From: Bdellovibrionota bacterium
GTDB lineage: Bacteria > Bdellovibrionota_C > UBA2361 > JBIKUX01
DNA length: 28,891 nucleotides
Direction: 5' to 3'
NCBI GenBank assembly: GCA_044347345.1
Contig: JBIKUX010000027.1
Span: 1 to 28,891 of the forward strand
In this document: positions 20,070-28,891 of the stretch, piece by piece
How the letters are laid out: each line of letters opens with the position of its first letter
Position numbering within the stretch: the stretch's first letter is position 1
The notes under the pieces: generated by a model
Told to the model about the DNA's origin: nothing
Seen by the model: only the letters and a program-made list of their open reading frames with translations
Databases searched by the model: none
Translations under genes and position numbers: made by a program

Positions 20070-21419
20070 TTAATGACGAGGCCTATTTTTTATCACATTC
20101 GCTATTTTCGGCGGTCGACCTATACTTATATGAGTGATTCCGTGACTGGCTACTTCTGATGGAGAAAGTATATTGCGACCATCAAATATGACCAAATTCC
20201 GCATCAATTCAATCATCTGAGTATAATTTGGTTTACGAAATTCATTCCACTCCGTACAAATGATTAATGCATCCGCTGAAACTAACGCCTCGTCACGAGA
20301 TGCTACATACTGAATCCTTTCATGTTCTCCTAGTCGCTTGGAAAAACTCTCATTTGCTTCAGGATCATAACACACAAGCTTAGCCCCAAGATTTAGAAGA
20401 CCTTTACAAACAGAAAGAGCCGGAGCCTCTCGAGTATCATCCGTGCGAGGCTTAAATGCTAAACCCCACACAGCGAAAATTTTGCCAGCTAAATCATTTG
20501 AATCATAATACCCGACAACTTTTTCTATGATTTTCTGTTTTTGAGCGCTGTTAACAGTTTCAGCAGCCTTTGCAATAGCTAAATCTATTCCTAAATCATG
20601 CCCAGTACGAATTAATGCCTGTACATCCTTGGGGAAACAGCTCCCACCGTAACCAATGCCCGGAAATAAAAAACTTGTTCCAATTCGTTTATCGGTACCC
20701 ATACCTAAACGTACATTATCAACATTAGCACCAACTTGTTCACAAAGATTAGCTATTTCATTCATAAATGAAACCCGAACGGCTAACATCGTATTAGCTG
20801 CGTACTTAGTCATCTCAGCTGAAACAACGTCCATAACTAATATTGGATTATTAGTGCGTACAAAAGGAGCGTACAATTCCCTCATTATTTCAGCGCAGCG
20901 CTCTGATTCCACACCCACAACAACTCTGTCAGGACGCATAAAATCATCAATAGCCGCACCCTCTTTCAAAAATTCGGGATTACTTACAATTTCTACCGGA
21001 AAAGATGTACGAGATAAAATTGTAGCCTTAACCTTAGCGCCTGTTCCGACAGGGACCGTGGATTTATCAACTACTATTTTTGATCCATTCATGTAACTTC
21101 CGATGCCTTCAGCTACTTGCAAAACATACCGAAGGTCAGCAGATCCATCCTCATCTTGCGGCGTTCCTACTGCTATAAAAATAATCTCCGAAGCCTGAAC
21201 TCCGTCTTTAAGTGAAGTAGTAAAAGTGAGTCGCCCGGCTCGACTGTTCCGTTCAACTAAGTCTTCCAGACCTGGCTCATAAATGGGGATTTCGCCTCTT
21301 TTTAATGCCGCCACTTTTGTATGGTCAACATCTACGCACACAACTATATTACCGTGTTCAGCAAAACACGCCCCAGCGACTAGACCAACATAACCTGTTC
21401 CTACAATAGTAATATTCAT
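20070..21419 (-). CDS. ugd: UDP-glucose 6-dehydrogenase
   Basis: GTGYVGL, KSTVPVG, NPEFLKEG, catalytic GYGGSCFPKD and GLAFKPRTDD. Confidence 0.96.
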   Translation of the reverse strand: MNITIVGTGYVGLVAGACFAEHGNIVVCVDVDHTKVAALKRGEIPIYEPGLEDLVERNSRAGRLTFTTSLKDGVQASEIIFIAVGTPQDEDGSADLRYVLQVAEGIGSYMNGSKIVVDKSTVPVGTGAKVKATILSRTSFPVEIVSNPEFLKEGAAIDDFMRPDRVVVGVESERCAEIMRELYAPFVRTNNPILVMDVVSAEMTKYAANTMLAVRVSFMNEIANLCEQVGANVDNVRLGMGTDKRIGTSFLFPGIGYGGSCFPKDVQALIRTGHDLGIDLAIAKAAETVNSAQKQKIIEKVVGYYDSNDLAGKIFAVWGLAFKPRTDDTREAPALSVCKGLLNLGAKLVCYDPEANESFSKRLGEHERIQYVASRDEALVSADALIICTEWNEFRKPNYTQMIELMRNLVIFDGRNILSPSEVASHGITHISIGRPPKIANVIKNRPRH

Positions 21420-21593
21420 TGATTAGAATCCCCGAAACTAGACTTGAGAACTTTAAGTATCCCCTCAACCTTACATAAGCCCTATAGCAATAAGAAATAG
21501 TTGCTTAAAACTTTACTCATTAAGGGGTAAAAATACAAAAAAGACCCTATAGAATAATAATTTTCCTTACTAGATTCACTGCCGATTTGCTAT

Positions 21594-22505
21594 TCAAACA
21601 GAACTTGTTGCGACTGTTCTAGACAAAATTCCACCTGATTTAAGATTATTTCGTATTAATGGAATCTTTGGACAAGCAGTAGCAAGATAAATTGGTGCTG
21701 GCATAGACATAGAAGGAGTCGCTGTTTGAAGTACTTGTTGCATGGTGCCAAAGGCAAGTTCAGGAGTGTTACTCTCTTCGCTAAGATGTCCCAAAACCAC
21801 ATAATGCAATCGTTCATGAAGTAGCTCTGCTACAAGAGCGGCGGCCGCTTGATTACTGAGATGTCCCCGCGAAGATGCAATCCTTTGTTTAAGGCTCCAT
21901 GGATAACGACAAGTTAATAATCTATCTAAGTCATGATTTGATTCAATTATTAGTCCATTTACTCCGCGTAACGCATCTCGCACGGAATGCGTAACTTTAC
22001 CAAGATCAGTAGCTATTCCAATGCGTGTACCATTGGCAATCTGAATTACAAGCCCAACTGGCTCTGCGGCATCATGCAAGATATTAAATGGTCTAACCTC
22101 AAACTCTCCAATTACAGCTGTTATTCCAGATGAAAGTATGCCTGGACGAGAAGGAAATTGCCTAATAAACGACCGAGACAATTCTTCTGCTGTACCAGAA
22201 GTCATGTAGGCGCGGGTATTTGCGTTACCACTGGCCCGACAAGATTCCCATATTTTTTTAATTCCCTTAACGTGGTCACTATGTTCGTGGGTTATCACTA
22301 TCCCAGCAATAGGTAAGTGCGATAATCCTACCAGCGATAAACGCCTGCGAAACTCTCGGTCAGATAAACCACAATCAACTAGCAAGATAGATTTTGAGCC
22401 AATTATCGCAATTGAGTTTGCCCTACTACCACTTGCCAGAACTACGAAATCAGGTGCTCCTGAACTGTCAGAGTAGCACGGGAATGACCTATATTGAGAA
22501 TCCAT
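21594..22505 (-). CDS. Metallo-beta-lactamase-fold hydrolase, YycJ/WalJ-like
   Basis: LASGSRAN, DCG, THEHSDH, HDAAEP, TDLG, ESNHD, GHLSN and HLSEESN; the start overlaps the upstream stop (TAATG at 22507-22503). Confidence 0.9.
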   Translation of the reverse strand: MDSQYRSFPCYSDSSGAPDFVVLASGSRANSIAIIGSKSILLVDCGLSDREFRRRLSLVGLSHLPIAGIVITHEHSDHVKGIKKIWESCRASGNANTRAYMTSGTAEELSRSFIRQFPSRPGILSSGITAVIGEFEVRPFNILHDAAEPVGLVIQIANGTRIGIATDLGKVTHSVRDALRGVNGLIIESNHDLDRLLTCRYPWSLKQRIASSRGHLSNQAAAALVAELLHERLHYVVLGHLSEESNTPELAFGTMQQVLQTATPSMSMPAPIYLATACPKIPLIRNNLKSGGILSRTVATSSV

Positions 22506-23713
22506 TATCTGTCTCCACGAGGCAGTTTAAGCACTCGCTCGGCAATAATACTCTTTTGAATCTCTGAGGTACCTGCAGCAATAGTACGGCCTAGAGAATA
22601 TAAATATAGACGTGCCGATAGCGACGGATTATCAAAGCGGCCGTCGTTACCGCTTGTAGTACTAGTAACATGCGTTACTACTCCATTTCTTCCATCACGC
22701 TTTAAAGCCAACCGCGTTAATTCTTGAAATGACTCTGACCAAAACAGTTTATCGAGAGAACCCTCTGCGCCAGGCTCTTTACCACCACCTGCATAAGCGG
22801 TGAGATGTTCGTATGCAAGGGCTCGCACTGCTAGAGCGGTACTAACGGCCTCAGCCAATTCCGAAATGGTTAGGCTCCCTGGCTCTTTGAGAATAGAGCG
22901 AAGAATGGCTTCAGATTGAACATGCCGTGCAAAAGTTAATATAACCCTCTCATACATTAGAGTTGAGATAGCTATACGCCAACCGTCTCCTATAGCACCA
23001 ACAACATTGGCAGCTGGAACAAAAACATCTTCAAAAGTAACTTCATTAAACTCCTCATCTCCAGTTATTTGCTTAAGAGGACGTACCATGATTCCTTGAG
23101 CTAGTTCTCCCTGTTGTCGCATGGGAACTAAAAGATAGGTTAAGCCCTCATGTTGTCGAGTCTCTCGGGAAGTACGACATAAGACAAAACACCAATCAGC
23201 TACCTGAGCAAAGCTTGTCCACACCTTACGACCGGATAGAAAAAAGCCTTGTTCACCTTTTGAGTTATAACCAGATGATGCCTTAGTTACCACAGCCGCA
23301 AGGTCACTCCCAGCTTGGGGCTCTGAAAATCCCTGACACCATATCTCAGAAGCATCAAGGATACGTGGCAAAAATCGCTCTTGCTGCGCTACGGTACCAT
23401 GCTTAATTAAGACAGGCCCTACCATTGTCAAACCAAAAAGACCCAGAATTTGGGGGGAATTTACTCGAGCCAGCTCTTCTTGAACTATAGCTGCATCAAC
23501 AAGAGAACCATCGCGACCACCAAATTCTTTTGGCCAATGAACACCTACCCATCTGCCTGACGCTAACTGAGCTTGCCACTTTCGACCAGTAACGATTAAA
23601 GCATCAAGGCTATCGCCACTTACAGATACCGCAGGAGGAGGATTAGCTTTAAGCCACTCACGAATTTCCATGCGTAACTGATCGGTACGAGGAGAAACGG
23701 AAAGTGTGAGCAT
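22505..23713 (-). CDS. Acyl-CoA dehydrogenase family protein (FadE-like, heteromeric-ACAD type)
   Basis: WPKEFGG, WCQGFSEPQAGSDLA, GRKVWTS, EFNEVTFEDVFVP, TLMYER and TIAAGTSEIQKSIIAERVLKLPR. Confidence 0.92.
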   Translation of the reverse strand: MLTLSVSPRTDQLRMEIREWLKANPPPAVSVSGDSLDALIVTGRKWQAQLASGRWVGVHWPKEFGGRDGSLVDAAIVQEELARVNSPQILGLFGLTMVGPVLIKHGTVAQQERFLPRILDASEIWCQGFSEPQAGSDLAAVVTKASSGYNSKGEQGFFLSGRKVWTSFAQVADWCFVLCRTSRETRQHEGLTYLLVPMRQQGELAQGIMVRPLKQITGDEEFNEVTFEDVFVPAANVVGAIGDGWRIAISTLMYERVILTFARHVQSEAILRSILKEPGSLTISELAEAVSTALAVRALAYEHLTAYAGGGKEPGAEGSLDKLFWSESFQELTRLALKRDGRNGVVTHVTSTTSGNDGRFDNPSLSARLYLYSLGRTIAAGTSEIQKSIIAERVLKLPRGDR

Positions 23714-23717
23714 AATA

Positions 23718-24482
23718 TTATATAATTTTATCGTATCCAGCTGCTGATTGATCTAAGTGCCACTGAACAACTCCTTTCATAATTGTTGCGATACGAGCAG
23801 GGAGATTCAAAGGAACACTATCAGTATGAAAAACTCGATAAACCATCTCAGCTTTTTTTGCTCCTGAAACTAAAAAATGCACCTCTCTGGCTTCTATCAA
23901 AGGTTTTGCAAGAAGCGACACCCGCTTAGTTCCATCACTAGGATGACTAGCAATTCCAAAGAAAGTACCCTTTTCGAGCGAACTGTGTTCTTGCAAGCCA
24001 TCTTCTTGCAACAATAAAGACTCAGGAAAAAGAGACGCCACATGACCGTCTTCTCCCATACCAAGCAGTAAAAGGTCAATAACCCCTTGATTAAGCCTAC
24101 CTTGATTGAGTTCAGAGACCACACTTAACTCATAATCTCTAAGGAGCTCACGTGAAGATATATCTATTGTTAAGCATGATATTTGAATATCTCTGGCTCG
24201 TAAGGGCTCAATGAGAGATTCTTTAACCATACGGTAATTAGATTGAGGGCTTTCAAGAGAAACTAATCTTTCGTCACCCAGAAAAAAAATAAGTTTTTGC
24301 CATACGTCCTTTGTTACAAGCGGATGATTTGCCAGCATCTGATATACCGGACGGGGAGTGGATCCGCCAGTTAAAGCAACCGTAGCTCTACCTTGTTCAT
24401 TTACTATTCGCACAAAAGATTCAGCTAAAGCATTAGCTACACTGACTGAAAAAAGCTCATCGGAATAAATATGTCGTATCAA
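23718..24482 (-). CDS. pgl: 6-phosphogluconolactonase
   Basis: ALTGGSTP, GDER, SNY and LGMGEDGHVASLFP; follows zwf-opcA; TTG start. Confidence 0.93.
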   Translation of the reverse strand: MIRHIYSDELFSVSVANALAESFVRIVNEQGRATVALTGGSTPRPVYQMLANHPLVTKDVWQKLIFFLGDERLVSLESPQSNYRMVKESLIEPLRARDIQISCLTIDISSRELLRDYELSVVSELNQGRLNQGVIDLLLLGMGEDGHVASLFPESLLLQEDGLQEHSSLEKGTFFGIASHPSDGTKRVSLLAKPLIEAREVHFLVSGAKKAEMVYRVFHTDSVPLNLPARIATIMKGVVQWHLDQSAAGYDKII

Positions 24483-24532
24483 AATTAACCCTTTAAATTA
24501 ATCTATAAAGGACTCTCTATTTTTCAAAAAAT

Positions 24533-25684
24533 TTACCTAGTAAAAGCTTGATTAAGTTGTCTTAAAGACAAGCTAAGCTTAGCTGCTCGTCGGTAAGATG
24601 CCAACGAATTGCCGACTACCAAATACTTTCGAAGTAAAGTAGTCATTGAATCATCTTTAAAACGATCAAGTGCCCATGGAATGGATTTCCCTTTCACTTC
24701 TGTTTCTACACGGACAATACGCTCGCGCTTCATAGACTCTTCTTCTAAAATTTGCTTGATAAAAACGAGAGGGGTCGGGCTACAAACTATCGACGGTCTA
24801 TCAACAACGAATCCTACAGATATCTCCCCGGTGCCGGCACCACTCTTCCTGATCTCAAGTATAGTAGGATCATTTGTTCGCTTAAACCTCTGAGGTGATA
24901 ATTTATTGTTGACGCATTCAAAACCTGAGAAACCGACTGCCCGAGGCTGAAGATTTAGTTTATCTAATACCCATCCTGCGAGAAGATACCCTGTAACAAA
25001 CTCTAGTTCTTCAGAGATGGTTATCTCGATTTTTTCAAGCTTATCTAATGCTCTAATACTTTCAGGCAGTGAAAACGCTAAACGGGTTTGATGTCGTAAG
25101 GGAGCTAACTTGAGCCACTGTAAGTCAACTATATCTCTATCCTTGCTAATCGGCCTATCCGTTAACTTAAGCCCTTCAGGAAAACTTTGAGAATCAAAAT
25201 AAATTTCATCAACTAAATGGTAGAAACGGTTAACATCACTAACATTTATATCGGAAGTCCATACCAGTAATCTCCTTCGCCCACCTGATATAGCTTGAGC
25301 CTCAACTATCTGAGCTATACCTACTCCTTGTTCTTCTAATGAATAATGAATCTCAACAATTTCTACCGAACTTACTCGACCATTAGCGAGCTCAATGCTC
25401 TCAGCCGTAACAATCGCCTCGGGCGACTTTTTGCTCCTAACTTTGGGAATTAACACGAAGACTCGACATGGCTCTATTGTGACAAATAGTTTAATAAATT
25501 CGATGAGCATTCGCTCATTATCTGATACCGGGTTCACTTGAGAGAGCGATTCTAGAACTGAAAAATCCGATACAACTACAAGAGTTGCTCGGGGATACTC
25601 CGTAATACCCTGACTACGAAGAGTAGCATCAAGAACCTTTAATTCTCTGTTGATGTTTTCCAGAGTGATGAAAGGTAAAGCCAC
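24533..25684 (-). CDS. opcA: Glucose-6-phosphate dehydrogenase assembly protein OpcA (divergent)
   Basis: Lies between zwf and pgl. Has OpcA-like segments RATLVVV, EPCRV, DLQWLKLAPLR and LLAGWV; GTG start after GGAG. Confidence 0.75.
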   Translation of the reverse strand: MALPFITLENINRELKVLDATLRSQGITEYPRATLVVVSDFSVLESLSQVNPVSDNERMLIEFIKLFVTIEPCRVFVLIPKVRSKKSPEAIVTAESIELANGRVSSVEIVEIHYSLEEQGVGIAQIVEAQAISGGRRRLLVWTSDINVSDVNRFYHLVDEIYFDSQSFPEGLKLTDRPISKDRDIVDLQWLKLAPLRHQTRLAFSLPESIRALDKLEKIEITISEELEFVTGYLLAGWVLDKLNLQPRAVGFSGFECVNNKLSPQRFKRTNDPTILEIRKSGAGTGEISVGFVVDRPSIVCSPTPLVFIKQILEEESMKRERIVRVETEVKGKSIPWALDRFKDDSMTTLLRKYLVVGNSLASYRRAAKLSLSLRQLNQAFTR

Positions 25685-25695
25685 TCTTATTTCTC

Positions 25696-27252
25696 CTACA
25701 ATTTTCGCCAGTAAAACCCGTCACTCTCAATTAACTTATTTGCAGCATCTGGCCCCCATGTCCCAGCTGAATATTCATACAAAGGTGGAGGATTTACACT
25801 TTCCCATGAAGAAAAAATAGGTGCTAAAAAGCTCCAGGCTTCTTCAATTTCGTCATCTCTAGTAAATAGTGTTGCATCACCCTTCATTGCATCAAGAAGT
25901 AGTCGTTCATAAGCATCAGGAGAAGGTACGCCGAATGAGTCATCATAAGTAAAATTCATGCCTACCCGTCTTACTCTCATGCGCGGACCAGGTGGCTTTG
26001 AATTAACATCAAGGCTGATGCCCTCTTTTGGCTGCACCTGTATGGATAAAACATTTCGTTCAAGTGCACCTATTTCACGACCCCTAAAAATAGTACTTGG
26101 CGGTTGTTTAAATAAGACCGATACCTCGGTGATACGCTTTGGTAAGCACTTACCAGCCCTTATAAAAATAGGCACCCCTGCCCACCGCCAGTTATCTATC
26201 TCTACTTTTAACGCAACGTAAGTTTCAGTACTACTGGTTGGCGGAATGCCTGACTCCGCAAGATATCCTGATACTTCAGCTCCATTAAGATAACCACTTG
26301 AGTAACGAGCACGGACTGAAAGGTTTGCTACTTCGGATGTGCTGATACGTTTCATCATCTTCAGCACTTTAACTTTTTCATCCCGAATACTGTCAGCATC
26401 ATTTAAGCTGATAGGGGGCTCGATGCACAATAAAGAAAGCATTTGAAGCACATGATTTTGAACAATATCTCTGAGAATTCCATTCTCATCAAAATATCCA
26501 GCGCGACTACCAACACCAAAATCCTCACAAACAGATATCTGAATGCAGTCAATATATCGAGAGTTCCATAATGGCTCAAACATGCTATTGCCGAATCTGA
26601 AGACCAGAATATTTTGGACTGTTTCCTTCCCTAAATAATGGTCAATGCGAAAAATCTGCTCTTCAGCAAAATTTGCACGAAGCTGATCATTGAGTTCTCG
26701 AGCCGATGTTAAATCATGTCCAAAAGGCTTTTCTACAACTATTCCAGTTCTTCGGATAGATGTAGATATAGATTTGAATGTGGATGCACTGGGTTTTTCA
26801 ATGAGACCGGCAACTTTTAAATTTTCAGAAATAGGTCCAAAAAAGTTTGGCGCGGTGGCAAAATAGTAGAGATAGTTATACCGGCAATTAGTCTCGGCTT
26901 CTAGTAGCCTTAATCTATCTTTTAACAGCAAGAAATCAGCACTGTTATTGCCATCTAAAGGCTGATAGTAAATTCGCTCTGCAAAGGAATTCCATACCTC
27001 AGAAGTTATTCTTTGCCGAGAAAAACGGTCAACGGAATCCTTAATAGAGGCTCGAAACTCTTCATCAGTAAATTTGGAGCGTGCCGCACCCACGACAATA
27101 AAGCTGTTGGGGAGGTAGTCATCTTGCGCTAAATTTACTAGTGCAGGTAACAATTTTCTGTGAGTAAGGTCACCACTGGCTCCAAATATCACCAAAGCTG
27201 TAGCGGGAGGCCGTAGAAGACGGTGTTCTCCCTCTTCAAAAGGATTATCCAT
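25696..27252 (-). CDS. zwf: Glucose-6-phosphate 1-dehydrogenase
   Basis: IFGASGDL, EKPFG, RIDHYLGKETVQN, RDIVQNH, NWRWAGVP and DAYERLL. Start is ATG 27252 (or TTG 27255). Confidence 0.98.
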   Translation of the reverse strand: MDNPFEEGEHRLLRPPATALVIFGASGDLTHRKLLPALVNLAQDDYLPNSFIVVGAARSKFTDEEFRASIKDSVDRFSRQRITSEVWNSFAERIYYQPLDGNNSADFLLLKDRLRLLEAETNCRYNYLYYFATAPNFFGPISENLKVAGLIEKPSASTFKSISTSIRRTGIVVEKPFGHDLTSARELNDQLRANFAEEQIFRIDHYLGKETVQNILVFRFGNSMFEPLWNSRYIDCIQISVCEDFGVGSRAGYFDENGILRDIVQNHVLQMLSLLCIEPPISLNDADSIRDEKVKVLKMMKRISTSEVANLSVRARYSSGYLNGAEVSGYLAESGIPPTSSTETYVALKVEIDNWRWAGVPIFIRAGKCLPKRITEVSVLFKQPPSTIFRGREIGALERNVLSIQVQPKEGISLDVNSKPPGPRMRVRRVGMNFTYDDSFGVPSPDAYERLLLDAMKGDATLFTRDDEIEEAWSFLAPIFSSWESVNPPPLYEYSAGTWGPDAANKLIESDGFYWRKL

Positions 27253-27325
27253 CAATTAGCCTCTTCCCTTCTTATTTTAAGAAGTGTCACTACCTCAATC
27301 TCATTTACCTGCTTGCTCATTATAA

Positions 27326-28531
27326 TCACTCGTTAATCAAGGTTGCGTTAATAACGGTTTCTACAGAGTCAACAAGTGCTTTATATGAATCAACAAATGA
27401 AGAAACACCCTGACACTCTAATTCAAAAAATAACTCATCAAGCCTTAGATTAACACCTTTTCCTTCAATTAGAGTCAATATGTTATCTGCCTCACTCTCA
27501 GCAAAAGAAACAAGGGGTGATATTGAAAATGAGGAAGTGTCTGCGTTAAACATCAGAGCGTTTAAGGTAGCTAACGGTAGTGTATTTACCGTATTTGGCG
27601 CTACGAGGTTTGTAACATAATACAACTCCCCTAACTTCGGATTTTTTACACCAGTACTAGCCCATAAAGGACGCTGCATTGCGATACCTTGAGACACGAG
27701 ATTTTTTATGTCGTCATCACTCATTCTACGCTCAAAATAAGCATAAGCTTTACGACAATTTGCTATGGCCACTTTACCAAAGAGTGATGATAATGAAACA
27801 AATTCCTGACCTGCTAGCTTCTCTACTAGAGCATCAAGGCGAGAGACGAAAAAGCTTGCTACCGAGGCTATGGATTGTGATGGTAAGCCACCTGCTACTT
27901 CAGTGCTAGAGCCAGTACTTTTGGATCTTTTATGTCTATCGGTAATCCCGGATACAAACTGCTCTAGCACTTCTTGGTATCTAGTTGGTGCAAAAATTAA
28001 GGTGACATTCACATTAATACCATGAGCCAGCACCTCCCTTATAGCTGGCAAGCCAGCCTTGGTAGCGGGAATTTTAATCATAACATTAGGTAAACCAATG
28101 CGCTCCCACAGCGCCACCGCCTCCTTGATTGTATCCTCTGAAGAGTGGGCAAGCAGTGGTGAAACCTCAATACTAGCAAAACCATCTCGGTGGCCTGATT
28201 GTTCGTAAATAGGAATTAAAGCTCTTGCAGCATCTGCTACATCTTGAATCATCAATGTTGTAACTATCTCCTGAGCAGAGTTGCCTTGTTTAGCCAAAAA
28301 CTGTATCGCAGAGTCATAGTTTTCAGTGTCAGCGATAGCTGCCTTAAAAATGCTGGGATTTGTAGTGAGGCCACGAACACCGCTAGCGATAAGATCATCT
28401 AATTTACTACTAAACTTATCTGTGCTTGTAGTAGCCGATGGGCTGTTGGTACCATCTACAAGCATTTCACGAGATAGATAATCAACCCAAATAGATTGCC
28501 CCTGCGACCGAAGTAATTTTATAGCCGACAT
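27326..28531 (-). CDS. tal: Transaldolase (long, actinobacterial/Tal-Pgi-like subfamily)
   Basis: GQSIWVD, GLTTNPSIF, SIEVSP, Schiff-base MIKIPAT, NVTLIF, ASFFVSR and QRPLWASTG. ATG 28531 follows GGGGA. Confidence 0.95.
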   Translation of the reverse strand: MSAIKLLRSQGQSIWVDYLSREMLVDGTNSPSATTSTDKFSSKLDDLIASGVRGLTTNPSIFKAAIADTENYDSAIQFLAKQGNSAQEIVTTLMIQDVADAARALIPIYEQSGHRDGFASIEVSPLLAHSSEDTIKEAVALWERIGLPNVMIKIPATKAGLPAIREVLAHGINVNVTLIFAPTRYQEVLEQFVSGITDRHKRSKSTGSSTEVAGGLPSQSIASVASFFVSRLDALVEKLAGQEFVSLSSLFGKVAIANCRKAYAYFERRMSDDDIKNLVSQGIAMQRPLWASTGVKNPKLGELYYVTNLVAPNTVNTLPLATLNALMFNADTSSFSISPLVSFAESEADNILTLIEGKGVNLRLDELFFELECQGVSSFVDSYKALVDSVETVINATLINE

Positions 28532-28640
28532 ATTTCCCCACACCCGATATTCATTCTCTCCAACAGTACTGAATTATCACAAATATTACTACAACCCTGG
28601 GCGGTGTACGGTGATGCAGTATTGTAGATAACAGAGAAGT

Positions 28641-28692
28641 AGTAAGAAAGTAAGAAAGTAAGAAAGTAAGAAAGTAAGAAAGAAAGTAAGAA
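28641..28692 (+). repeat. Tandem 8-bp repeat (AGTAAGAA)n
   Basis: Five perfect copies at 28641-28680, a half copy AGAA, and a sixth copy at 28685-28692. Confidence 0.95.
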
Positions 28693-28712
28693 AGTATCAG
28701 AGAGATAGTAAT

Positions 28713-28756
28713 GGAATAAGGAATAAAGGGAATAAAGGGGAATAAAGGGGAATAAA
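28713..28756 (+). repeat. Degenerate tandem repeat G(2-4)AATAA(A) x5
   Basis: ggaataa ggaataaa gggaataaa ggggaataaa ggggaataaa. Confidence 0.9.
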
Positions 28757-28891
28757 GTATCAGAGAATTAGTAAGGAAATAGTAAAAATCTGGTAATGAC
28801 TCTGTTTGTTTTTGAGATTGTTTTATATTTTGGGGAAGTTTGGGTGTTAAATAAGAGATGGATGTGTAGATTTATCTACTTGATTACTTGG

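Noticed and set aside
3..27909. The remaining short ORFs (60-150 aa) overlapping the called genes, for example 1794..2141, 3655..4041, 18134..18583 and 20656..21096
   Set aside because: Antisense or alternative-frame shadows of well-supported CDSs, with no recognisable motifs.
28599..28609. GGGCGGTGTAC, resembling the reverse complement of a conserved 16S rRNA segment
   Set aside because: Short, imperfect match with no flanking rRNA similarity.
28641..28774. Possible CRISPR array
   Set aside because: Units are 7-10 bp with no unique spacers, the 21-bp motif occurs only twice, and there are no cas genes in the window.
28574..28880. Possible replication origin (strand-composition change, DnaA-box-like TTATCTACA at 28623-28631 on the minus strand)
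   Set aside because: No perfect DnaA box, no box cluster and no origin-associated genes; the stretch is too short to infer a skew switch.

Overview
AT-rich bacterial chromosome segment from a diderm (Gram-negative) organism; an Omp85 protein and a lipoprotein are present. Several proteins look delta-proteobacterial or Bdellovibrionota-like, but this is an impression only. There are 23 credible CDSs, 21 on the minus strand. In order along the window: a 5'-truncated Omp85/BamA-TamA family protein, an unknown membrane protein, a Lys/Ala-rich histone H1-like protein, a secreted S8 protease, an A-type Fe-S carrier, an HExxH metallopeptidase, an AttH-like protein with an AttEFG-like ABC transporter, an acyl-CoA dehydrogenase and an IclR regulator. 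Next come dapF, an LptM-motif lipoprotein, a phosphatase and lepA, then uxs and ugd. The last block is a YycJ-like hydrolase, a second acyl-CoA dehydrogenase, pgl, opcA, zwf and tal. The window ends in a C-poor, purine-rich non-coding stretch with two short tandem arrays. I found no rRNA, tRNA, CRISPR array or mobile element. The region is mostly housekeeping, and I cannot show a wholly new system. The best leads are the enlarged LptM/YifL-motif lipoprotein upstream of dapF, the structured terminal repeat, the H1-like protein with its long palindrome-rich upstream region, and the partnerless heteromeric-type acyl-CoA dehydrogenase inside the pentose-phosphate operon.
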